This document shows positions 26,028-34,373 of a stretch of DNA of 64,000 nt, one piece after another. Below the pieces are notes generated by a model that was not told the DNA's origin, ran no database searches, and was given only the letters and a program-made list of their open reading frames with translations. The DNA comes from Sphingomonadales bacterium (GTDB lineage Bacteria > Pseudomonadota > Alphaproteobacteria > Sphingomonadales > Sphingomonadaceae): contig JBBSCC010000001.1 in NCBI GenBank assembly GCA_038250735.1, positions 3,229 to 67,228 of the forward strand, written 5' to 3'. The position numbers were made by a program, and so were the translations under genes. How positions within the stretch are numbered: position 1 is the first letter of the stretch; the number at the start of each line of letters is the position of its first letter.

Positions 26028-27190
26028 CCATTCCAGCCGGACGGGCCGATTTTCCCGAGATTCGCGATGCCGTGCGTTCGCTCGTCAGTGGATTCGGAGA
26101 CAGCTATTTTCGCGAAGTTGATGACGCTCGTGCTTATCCGGAGGCGTTCGTGGAGGCATTGACCACGGCTGGCTGGTTGGCGGCGCTCATTCCGGAGGAA
26201 TTTGGCGGCGCGGGGCTGGGGCTGACCGAAGCCTCCATCATCATGGAGGAGATCAACAGGGCCGGTGGCAATTCGGGCGCATGTCACGGGCAGATGTACA
26301 ATATGAACACGTTGCTCCGCCATGGATCGGACGAGCAGAAGCGCCGTTACCTTCCCGACATAGCGGGCGGGCGGGTCCGGCTCCAGTCCATGGCGGTGAC
26401 TGAGCCGACCACTGGTTCGAACACCACGGCCCTTCAGACCCGCGCCGAAAAGCGCGGGAATTCTTACTTTGTCACGGGTCAGAAGGTCTGGATCAGCCGG
26501 ATCCAGCATTCCGACCTGATGATCCTGCTCGCACGCACGACGCCGCTCGACCAAGTCAAGAAGAAGGTGGATGGGCTGTCAATCTTTCTAGTCGATCTAC
26601 ATCAGGCCATTGGCCGCGGAATGGACATCCGGCCGATCCGCAACATGGTCAATCATGAGACGAACGAAGTGTTCTTCGACGGGTTGGAGCTCCCCGCGGA
26701 CGCGCTGATTGGCGAAGAGGGCGCCGGATTTCGCTACATTCTGGACGGGCTGAATGCGGAGCGCGCGCTTATCGCGGCTGAGTGCATCGGGGACGGATAC
26801 TGGTTCATCGACCGGGCGGCCCGATACGGATCGGAACGGATCGTGTTCGACCGCCCGATCGGCAGAAATCAGGGCATTCAGTTCCCGATCGCACAGGCGT
26901 ATATGGAGATCCGCGCCGCCGACCTGATGCGCTACGAGGCCTGCCGCCTCTTCGACGCCCACCTGCCGTGCGGAGTGGAGGCGAACATGGCCAAGCATCT
27001 GGCGGCGGAATCGTCGTGGAAGGCCGCCAACGCGTGCCTGCAAACCTTTGGTGGGTTCGGCTTCGCCGCGGAATACGATGTCGAGCGCAAATTTCGCGAA
27101 ACGCGGCTTTACCAGGTGGCGCCAATCAGCGCGAACATGATTCTCAGCTTCGTCGGCGAGCACGTGCTTGGCATGCCAAGATCGTTCTGA
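26024..27190 (+). CDS. Acyl-CoA dehydrogenase
   Basis: 388 aa with VTEPTTGSN, QKVWISR, TFGGFGF and RLYQVAPISANMIL. There is an ATGA overlap with the iclR stop. Confidence 0.9.
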   Translation: MTIPAGRADFPEIRDAVRSLVSGFGDSYFREVDDARAYPEAFVEALTTAGWLAALIPEEFGGAGLGLTEASIIMEEINRAGGNSGACHGQMYNMNTLLRHGSDEQKRRYLPDIAGGRVRLQSMAVTEPTTGSNTTALQTRAEKRGNSYFVTGQKVWISRIQHSDLMILLARTTPLDQVKKKVDGLSIFLVDLHQAIGRGMDIRPIRNMVNHETNEVFFDGLELPADALIGEEGAGFRYILDGLNAERALIAAECIGDGYWFIDRAARYGSERIVFDRPIGRNQGIQFPIAQAYMEIRAADLMRYEACRLFDAHLPCGVEANMAKHLAAESSWKAANACLQTFGGFGFAAEYDVERKFRETRLYQVAPISANMILSFVGEHVLGMPRSF

Positions 27191-27204
27191 AGGGTAATGT
27201 CAAC

Positions 27205-27223
27205 CTAACCAGAATCTGGTTAG
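27205..27223. repeat. Perfect palindrome CTAACCAGA-a-TCTGGTTAG just downstream of the ACAD stop
   Basis: Read directly from the sequence. It shares the AATCTGGTTA half with the 2498-2516 palindrome. There is no U-tract, so terminator function is uncertain. Confidence 0.3.
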
Positions 27224-27682
27224 CTTTGGTCCGATATCTCCGGATGGGCCGTGCGAAGAGCAAGAACGCAGGCCGAATTAAACAAGAATAAACCACGTGC
27301 TGGATGGCTAGGGTCAGGACTCATTGATCACTCATAATTGCGCTTGATCACAGAGCACGGGATTTTCGCACATTCTCTGGCTACTGAAAGGCTATCCGCT
27401 CCCGCCAAACTTCTGGCGAGAGATTTCATGGGCCGGATCCCGGCTGATGGCGGGCGGAGAAGCGTGACCTGCTCGCATAGGAAGGCAGCTTGATGCTGTC
27501 GGGCACGTATGACGCTGCGCTGATTGCCGCTTTAGCGCTGGGGCAGGTCCCAAGAGGCAGATTCATTTCTCACCAGGTCATTACCGACGTTGAGCGACCG
27601 ATTGCTGTTGCTGACGGCAGCTCGCTGCCAGCTATCACAAAGTGACCCCATGGGGCATGAATAGCTGCTGTTTTTCCAGCCT

Positions 27683-29107
27683 TTAGTTCCAGATTTGGGG
27701 ACGCCCGCCCGCCCAGCCAATCTCGCGTTCAAGCTGTCCAGCGAGACGGAACAGGGTCGCTTCGTCGGCATAACGGCCGGTAAACATCATGCCAATCGGC
27801 AACCCGTTCGGCGCTACTGCCAGAGGCAGGCTGATTGATGGCTGGCCGGTGAAATTAAACAGCGCTGCATAGGGGAACAGCTCGGTCTGGCGGCGGACCA
27901 GCGTGGCCGGATCGACCGTGCACCCGGCAATCTCTCCAATTGCGGGCGCGGGCGCGGTCATGATCGGCGACAGGAAAACGTCAAACGTCTCGAAGCGTTC
28001 GAGCACGCCGCGCGTCAGGATGCGTAGTTGCTGATAACCCCAAAATGCCTGTTCGCCCGTCACCTTCCGCGAGGCATGGAGCGCCGCCTGCGTCATCGAT
28101 TCAAGATCGTCTGCCCCCGGCTCGCGCCCGACGCGCGCGATTGTGCGTGCCATGCCCGCCGCAAAGTTTGCTGCAGAGACCGGCGCGCGGGCAGCATAGA
28201 GCGCGGCATAATCGACGCCGAGCCCGGCTTCGAACACATCATGGCCAAGATCGGCAAGCGCTGCGGCGGTAGTGCGTATCGCTTCGGCCACCTCGTCCGA
28301 CGGAAGACGACCGGACGGCGTCTCGAACGACCAGGCAATACGGAGCCGCCCGGGCTCGCGGGCGACATCCTCCAGATACGGCCCCGCTTTGGGCGGGATA
28401 GCATAGGGTGAGCCCGGTTCGGGCCGCCCGGTGATGTCGAGCATTGCAGCGCTGTCACGCACCGATCGTGTCACGACATGATCGACACAGAATCCCATCG
28501 CATAGTCAAAGCCATCGGGCAGATTAGGATTGCGATCGCGCGTCACCTTCAGGCCGACCAGTCCGCAGCAAGCCGCCGGAATGCGGATCGAGCCGAGGCC
28601 GTCACTGGCATGCGCGATCGGCACATAGCCCGCTGCCACAGCGGCTGCCGATCCGCCCGAGGAGCCGCCCGGTGCGTGATCCGTATTCCACGGATTGCGG
28701 ACTGCGCCATAGGCTGCGGTATCGACATTACCGAGGATGCCAAATTCTGAGCTCGCTGCACGGCCGAGTGGTATAACCCCGGCCTCGCGGTAGCGGCGCA
28801 TGAGCCCGCTATCCTCGCTGTCGACCACGTCACGGCAAAAGCGGCTGCCCGAGGTATTGGGCCAGCCTGCAACACCGATCCCGAAATCCTTGACCAGGAA
28901 TGGGACGCCTGCAAACGGGCCATCGCGCAGCGGCGCGCGTGCGGCATCACGAGCTTCATCAAACGCGCGGTGAACCACGGCGTTTAGCGTTCCGTCATGC
29001 CGCTCGATCCGCTCGATCGCTGCATCGACCAATTCCAGCGCGGTTACTTCTCCGTTGCGCACCATCGCTGCAAGCGCCAGGCCGTCATGCTCCGAATAAT
29101 CCTGCAT
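27683..29107 (-). CDS. Amidase-signature family amidase
   Basis: [14 protein letters not shown] signature. Catalytic Lys region FLVKD. Start at ATG 29107 (AAGGAAAA upstream), 16 nt after the upstream stop. Confidence 0.9.
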   Translation of the reverse strand: MQDYSEHDGLALAAMVRNGEVTALELVDAAIERIERHDGTLNAVVHRAFDEARDAARAPLRDGPFAGVPFLVKDFGIGVAGWPNTSGSRFCRDVVDSEDSGLMRRYREAGVIPLGRAASSEFGILGNVDTAAYGAVRNPWNTDHAPGGSSGGSAAAVAAGYVPIAHASDGLGSIRIPAACCGLVGLKVTRDRNPNLPDGFDYAMGFCVDHVVTRSVRDSAAMLDITGRPEPGSPYAIPPKAGPYLEDVAREPGRLRIAWSFETPSGRLPSDEVAEAIRTTAAALADLGHDVFEAGLGVDYAALYAARAPVSAANFAAGMARTIARVGREPGADDLESMTQAALHASRKVTGEQAFWGYQQLRILTRGVLERFETFDVFLSPIMTAPAPAIGEIAGCTVDPATLVRRQTELFPYAALFNFTGQPSISLPLAVAPNGLPIGMMFTGRYADEATLFRLAGQLEREIGWAGGRPQIWN

Positions 29108-29123
29108 CAGTTTTTCCTTATGA

Positions 29124-30266
29124 TCATCGCGCGCGGCCGCGGGCACTGACCGGCCAGAGATCGATCAGCGTATCGCCGCGCACGATGTGATAGGTGTCGT
29201 AGAGATTGACCGTCGGGTCGCAGTGCGGGACGGTTAGCGAGACGGCATCGCCAGGCGCGAGCATGTTGCCAATGCCGCTGCCAATCAGCGCGCCGTGTTC
29301 GTCGCCCATGAAAATGAAGCGCGTATCGGCAGGTGCGCCGCGTTGCAGCACGGCCATGCCACCATCGGTCGAAAGGGATTTGAAACCTGCATCGATTGTA
29401 ACCAGCGCGGCATGATTGGCACTGACCACACGGGCATCCACCGAGAGCGCGGTTTCGAACGGCGTCGCCGCGCCGTCGGCCAGATCGCAGTCGAGATATT
29501 GCTGGTCCATAAAGACATAGGAGCCTGCCTGAATTTCGGTGAAGACACCGAGCGCGAGATCGATCCGGTGCGTACCGGTGCCAGACCCGGTGACGATTTC
29601 CGGCTCGAAACCGCCCTGCTTCAACGCAGCAATCACTGTCCGCAGATGCTCGGTCCGCTCCTCGATCGCAGCACGGCGATCGGCGTAGTTTTCTATATGC
29701 TGCTGCGATCCGCAATAGAATTGCACACCGCGCAAGCTAAGGCACGGCGCGGCGACGATCTGCTCCGCAAGATCGACCGCATCGGATGCAGAGGCAACAC
29801 CGGTGCGGTGGATGCCAGGATCGATATCGATGATGACGTCCAGTGCCGCACCAACGCGGTCCACAGCACGATCCAGCGCCGCGACGACCGTTGGATGATC
29901 AACGACTGCCATTAACCCAGGGGATCGCTTTGCCAGTGCCGCCAGCCGCTCAATCGCGGCCGGTGCGGCGACCGGCGAGGTAATGAGCAATCCCGTGATG
30001 CCGCCGTCTGCCAGTACCTCCGCCTCGCCAATCTTTGCGCAGCACAGCCCAATCGCCCCCGCCGCAATCTGGCGTTGTGCGATATCGACGCTCTTATGGG
30101 TTTTGGCATGCGGCCGGAGTTTCACCCCGTGCGCCACCACAATCTGCGCCATTGCAGCGATGTTGCGGTCCAAAGCGTCCAGATCGAGCACGAGTGCGGG
30201 CGTATTCAGTGCGGCACGCGATCCCTGCTGGCCAATCAAATGCGCATGAAGTTCGTGATCGGTCAT
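29124..30266 (-). CDS. DSD1-family PLP-dependent enzyme (D-threonine aldolase / D-serine dehydratase-like, alanine-racemase N-terminal fold)
   Basis: LRPHAKTHK (PLP-lysine motif), TPALVLDLDAL, HCDPTVNLYD. Start at ATG 30266 shares 1 nt with the upstream stop. Confidence 0.85.
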   Translation of the reverse strand: MTDHELHAHLIGQQGSRAALNTPALVLDLDALDRNIAAMAQIVVAHGVKLRPHAKTHKSVDIAQRQIAAGAIGLCCAKIGEAEVLADGGITGLLITSPVAAPAAIERLAALAKRSPGLMAVVDHPTVVAALDRAVDRVGAALDVIIDIDPGIHRTGVASASDAVDLAEQIVAAPCLSLRGVQFYCGSQQHIENYADRRAAIEERTEHLRTVIAALKQGGFEPEIVTGSGTGTHRIDLALGVFTEIQAGSYVFMDQQYLDCDLADGAATPFETALSVDARVVSANHAALVTIDAGFKSLSTDGGMAVLQRGAPADTRFIFMGDEHGALIGSGIGNMLAPGDAVSLTVPHCDPTVNLYDTYHIVRGDTLIDLWPVSARGRAR

Positions 30267-31552
30267 CAGGAAAACAGCTCCCCCAAATGCGCATTGAGGA
30301 ACTTGCCCGACGGATCGACCGAGCGGCGCACCGCGCGGTAGCGCTCCGCCATAGGATAAAGCGTATCGACGTCTGCGCGGGTCAGCGTGTGGCGTTTGGC
30401 CCAGTGCGGCCGCCCACCATGGCGGCGAAAGATCGCCTCGGCATCCGCGAACAGCGAGCGCCACGGCATCGGCGCATATTGATGCATCGAGATTGAAGCA
30501 ACCGGCCCATTGTTCATCGGGCTCATCCAGATATCGTCAGGGGCAACGACGCGATATTCGAATGGGAAGGACACCGGCAGATGCCGCTTGCGGATCCATC
30601 GCACCACCTCGTCCAACGCCTCCAACCCAACGGCACGCGGCATCTCATATTCCATTTCTTCGAAGCGAATCGTCCGCTCCGAGGGAAAGATGGTGTGTGC
30701 CGGACCCCAGCTTTTGCCCTTTATCGGCCCGCGCATCATTAGCCGCTGCAGCGTCGGCACGAGGAACGGCGCTACCTTGCCGATATCCAGAAAGCGCCGA
30801 AACGATGCTTCTTCCTTGTCGTCGGCAGGGGGTGGTGGATTGCAGGGATCAGTTGGATCGAGTGTCTTCAGAATGACGAAGTCGGCATGGGGGAAGAACC
30901 AGAATTCGATATGACGGTGTTGATCGGCCAGCGTGTTGAAACTCTCGCGTAGCTCGTCCCAGCGCATCTTGCTGATGCGCTCGATCAGGTGAAACGCTGG
31001 CACCACAGCGATCTCGATCTCAGTCGCGATACCGAACAGGCCGAGCGACAGGCGCTGTGCCTGGAACAGGTCAGGCTCGGTCTCGGCGTCGCACCAGACC
31101 GCCTCCCCATCTGCCGTAATCAGGCGAAAACCGCGTGCGAAGGTGGCGAGCGAGCCCAGCTCCTGACCAGTGCCGTGGGTGCCTGTTGCGAGCGATCCGG
31201 CCAGTGATTGCGGGTTGACGTCACCTTGGTTGGCAAGCGCCAAGCCCTCTTCCCAAAGCGCCGAAGTGACCCGCTTCAGGCTCCAACCGGCAGGTGCGCG
31301 CACGGTTTGCCGATCGGTCGCGACACAAAGCTCACCCGCCATGCCCTCTAATGAGACGATCAGGTCGTCGGACTGGCACAGTGGCATGAATGAATGACCG
31401 GCGCCCGTCGCGCGAACAGATCGGGCCGCTTTGACGGCCTCTGTGAGCATGCCTTCGTCGCAGGGCCGGATTATTGCACGCGGCGAAGTGCTGACGCTGC
31501 CCGACCAGTTCGACCAGCTTGGTGGAGGCGGCGTCGGTCGGATCAATCCCAT
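30266..31552 (-). CDS. FAD-linked oxidase of the aldonolactone oxidase (ALO/GULO) family
   Basis: N-terminus WSNWSGSVSTSP. FAD_binding_4-like core (GAGHSF, GTHGTG). C-terminal ALO-domain motif GRPHWAK. Confidence 0.85.
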   Translation of the reverse strand: MGLIRPTPPPPSWSNWSGSVSTSPRAIIRPCDEGMLTEAVKAARSVRATGAGHSFMPLCQSDDLIVSLEGMAGELCVATDRQTVRAPAGWSLKRVTSALWEEGLALANQGDVNPQSLAGSLATGTHGTGQELGSLATFARGFRLITADGEAVWCDAETEPDLFQAQRLSLGLFGIATEIEIAVVPAFHLIERISKMRWDELRESFNTLADQHRHIEFWFFPHADFVILKTLDPTDPCNPPPPADDKEEASFRRFLDIGKVAPFLVPTLQRLMMRGPIKGKSWGPAHTIFPSERTIRFEEMEYEMPRAVGLEALDEVVRWIRKRHLPVSFPFEYRVVAPDDIWMSPMNNGPVASISMHQYAPMPWRSLFADAEAIFRRHGGRPHWAKRHTLTRADVDTLYPMAERYRAVRRSVDPSGKFLNAHLGELFS

Positions 31553-31858
31553 CTCCTGTCTTGCCCTTTAGTCCGACGCTGCGTTTGCAGCACGGTGTTA
31601 TCGCGATCGTACCAACGGAGCCAGCGCCGTGATTTCGAGGCCAGCAGTTCCGGGATAGGATGCTCAAGCCCTCGCATGAACGGCAGAGATTCATCCGATC
31701 AGCAAAGGGAGGTCTAGTCACTCTTTGCCAAGCGGTGCCGCTTAGCGGGCTATCTGCGCCCACCAGTGTCAGCGCAAAGTCGAACTGAATGCCCTGTGGC
31801 ATCCAAGGAGCGGCTGGGTCTGTTTGTGTGATACGCCGTAGGCCGTGGTGGCCGAACG

Positions 31859-32116
31859 CTAGAGGCCTATTTTTTCCAGGGCGGAGACGAATTCTGGATC
31901 GATTCCGGCCTCACCCTTTGGGGTGAGGCGGTTTAAGGCCGTCTGTATGCGCTTCTGCGCCACTTGAAGCGCCTTGTGCCGAATTGCACGCTTGGCATTG
32001 GTCCGCCACGACGAGCTTTCGCCTAGCAGCGCCTCCCATTTCGCTTCTTCGGCCGCGACGACCGCAAGCGCGAGCCGCAAACCATCGCGGCGTCCATGAG
32101 CGTAATCATTCGGCAT
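31859..32116 (-). CDS. Hypothetical protein (85 aa, helical)
   Basis: ORF only, with no motif recognised. It has the same orientation as the two following small genes. Confidence 0.4.
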   Translation of the reverse strand: MPNDYAHGRRDGLRLALAVVAAEEAKWEALLGESSSWRTNAKRAIRHKALQVAQKRIQTALNRLTPKGEAGIDPEFVSALEKIGL

Positions 32117-32143
32117 CGACGGTGCTCGGGCGTAGTGGCGTCA

Positions 32144-32413
32144 TCATTTAGCGGCTTTGCCTATTTCGCGGTCGACAGTGTCCATGAAGTCGCGCGCAGC
32201 CTCCCGGTCCGCTGCTTTTTTAAACGCGACGTCAAGGTCCGATGCCGCGCCGAGCATATACGCCAGACACCAAAGTGCGAAACGGCGTCCGTCGTCTCGC
32301 TCCAGCCCAAACTGAACTTGCAGGAGGGTGGTGCCGGCGGCGAGCTGTTCCGTGGTAAGATCGGTGATCTCATTGGTGCCAAAAAAGCTGACTAGCAGTT
32401 GATCGAAGTCCAT
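32144..32413 (-). CDS. Hypothetical protein (89 aa)
   Basis: Start chosen at the internal ATG (MDFDQLLVSFFGT...). No motif recognised. Confidence 0.45.
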   Translation of the reverse strand: MDFDQLLVSFFGTNEITDLTTEQLAAGTTLLQVQFGLERDDGRRFALWCLAYMLGAASDLDVAFKKAADREAARDFMDTVDREIGKAAK

Positions 32414-32435
32414 TGCAGCTGCTCTCTCGTCCGAA

Positions 32436-32642
32436 TTATTGCGCCGCCTTCCGCACAAGTCCGAGACGCTTGGCGATCTCGATTCGCTTTGCTTTGTAGT
32501 CAGGGGCGACCATCGGATAATCGGATGGGAGATTCCAAGCCGCGCGATAGTCGCCGGGGGTCATTCCATGAGCCGAACCAAGATGGCGCTTCAGCGCCTT
32601 TTGCGTTGCGCCACTGACGGACCTCGATGAATGTCTCGCCAT
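32436..32642 (-). CDS. MucR/Ros-like DNA-binding domain protein, short form lacking the zinc-ligand cysteines (or a remnant)
   Basis: ALKRHLGSAHGMTPGDYRAAWNLPSDYPMVAPDYKAKRIEIAKRLGL matches the Ros/MucR core (LKRHL..H..TP.EYR.KW.LP.DYPMVAP.Y). The CxxC position reads SVSG. The 108 codons upstream in the track ORF look non-coding. Confidence 0.55.
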   Translation of the reverse strand: MARHSSRSVSGATQKALKRHLGSAHGMTPGDYRAAWNLPSDYPMVAPDYKAKRIEIAKRLGLVRKAAQ

Positions 32643-33055
32643 CGGCAAGAAGCTCGTATGCACGCTGCGCGCCTCACCCCCAAATCCCCAGCCGGCGAGG
32701 GCTCGTTTGCAGAATAATGGCGGAGGCTCCGCAGGATCAAAACAGATCGCCATTGCGGGATGTCGCCGCTGTTGACATTCAGATGGGAGGCAGTTTGCGG
32801 TCAAGCGTGTCGATTTTAGACTCCTCGACGGGTAGAACAACGGTCTGACCGCTTCCGGGCGGCGATCCAGCATAAGCAGACGCTTGTTCGTGAAGGCGGC
32901 AGTGGCAGCTTTGCGCCCTAATTGTCGTCGTTCGACCCAGCGCTTGGCGGTCCTAAAGCCTGCCATTCAATCCGGGTCGCAGTCGGCACCTCCGAAGGTC
33001 CGCAGCTGGGACTTTCCTGTCATTCCCATGCCGCAGGTTGAGCGTCAGCTCCTGC

Positions 33056-33073
33056 CAAAAGCCGACGTTCGGC
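33056..33073. repeat. Second copy of the dispersed repeat core CAAAAGCCGACGTTCGGC
   Basis: Identical 18-mer to 4986-5003. Nearby, GATAGGCAG...TCGGACTTTCG resembles GATAGGCAG...TCCGACTTTTG at ~12969-12995. Confidence 0.4.
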
Positions 33074-33377
33074 GCTTGTCCGCGGGGCGTGGCGTTGGGA
33101 CTGAAGCTGGGCCGTAAGCCGACTGGCCGTTTCCGATAGGCAGGCCGTAGGAATCGGACTTTCGTCCAGCTATATTTGGGTGGCGGAAAGACCCAATTGG
33201 CGACATTGCCGGGCTCCTTTCTCTCTCCCAACTTCGGCCGCTCGTTCATTTGGAACAGTGCCCGCCCGGTCGATAACAACGGCGCTGAAGCGCCCCGGAG
33301 CGCGCTGCGATCGTCACCAATAGTCTGAAATCGCATCGAGCAGTGACTAACGCGCGTGGCGTTGCCGCCGATGCCGC

Positions 33378-34373
33378 CTAACCCAGCCCCATCGTCTTCG
33401 CCCAAGTCACAAAAAGATCAGGCCAGATTTCCGCCGGCTTGCCCATCGCGCGGCGCAGGCCGAAACCGTGGCCACCAGCGGTGAACAGGTGTGTTTCGAC
33501 AGGCACCCCCTGCGCCTTCAGCGCGGCGCGAAGACGCAGGCTGTTGTCGACGGGGACGGTGGGATCATCCTCGGCATGAACGATGAATGCCGGCGAGGTT
33601 AAGGTTGTCACATTGGCCTCGGGCGAATGGGCGGCTTCCAATTCCGGCGTGGGATTTGCGCCCAGCAACAGCGTGCGTGATCCGGGGTGGGCCAGCGGCG
33701 GGTGCATCGACTGGACGGGATAGATGGGGGCGATAATGTCTGGCCGCGCCGAAAGGGCATCGCTGGCGTCGACGGCAGCGTTGACCTTGCGATCATAGCG
33801 GGTGCCCAGATCGCCGCAGACATGGCCGCCAGCCGAGAAGCCCATCGCCGTCACCCGTTCGGGCACCACGCCATAGTCCCGTGCACGTGCACGGATGAGG
33901 CGCATCGCCCGCTGCGCATCACCCAGCGCAACATCTGGCCCGGAAGCCCAGCCCTCCCCCGGCAAGCGATAAAACAGCACGAAGCACGTCCAGCCGCGCG
34001 CGGCGAGCCAGCGGGCGATTTCATAGCCTTCCTTGTCGATCACCACCCAGCGATAGCCGCCGCCAGGCATGATGAGCGCCGCGCTGCCATTGGGAATGCG
34101 CGGGCGGAAGACCACCATGCGCGGGCGTGAAATGCCGTACACCGCACGGTCGGTGAGTGCCGCATCCTTGCTGCGCTCCTCAACGGTTTCGATCAGCGGC
34201 TTGGCGGGCATGCCGGGGGCGCCCTTTGGCCACAAATCTATCGTCTCGTTAGGTTCAGGCAGACCCGCGACCGGCGCTTTTGCCCCGATGCGCGGCGGCA
34301 AGGTCTGCGCACCAGCAGCCCCGGCCAGCCCCAGTGCCAGCGTCCCGAACAGGGCTTCGCGGCGGTCAATCAT
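33378..34373 (-). CDS. Secreted alpha/beta-hydrolase (esterase; GxSxG = GFSAGG)
   Basis: Tat-like signal MIDRREALFGTLALGLAGAAGA. Also has a PGGGY oxyanion region, GFSAGGH and HAEDDPTVP. It is the last gene of the uxaC-kdu-kdg operon. Confidence 0.85.
   Translation of the reverse strand: MIDRREALFGTLALGLAGAAGAQTLPPRIGAKAPVAGLPEPNETIDLWPKGAPGMPAKPLIETVEERSKDAALTDRAVYGISRPRMVVFRPRIPNGSAALIMPGGGYRWVVIDKEGYEIARWLAARGWTCFVLFYRLPGEGWASGPDVALGDAQRAMRLIRARARDYGVVPERVTAMGFSAGGHVCGDLGTRYDRKVNAAVDASDALSARPDIIAPIYPVQSMHPPLAHPGSRTLLLGANPTPELEAAHSPEANVTTLTSPAFIVHAEDDPTVPVDNSLRLRAALKAQGVPVETHLFTAGGHGFGLRRAMGKPAEIWPDLFVTWAKTMGLG

Noticed and set aside
32643-32966. The 108 upstream codons of the MucR-like ORF as genuine N-terminal domain
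   Set aside because: The sequence has no resemblance to the MucR N-terminal oligomerisation region and reads like non-coding DNA (Arg/Cys/Pro-rich). It is kept as an open question in the findings.
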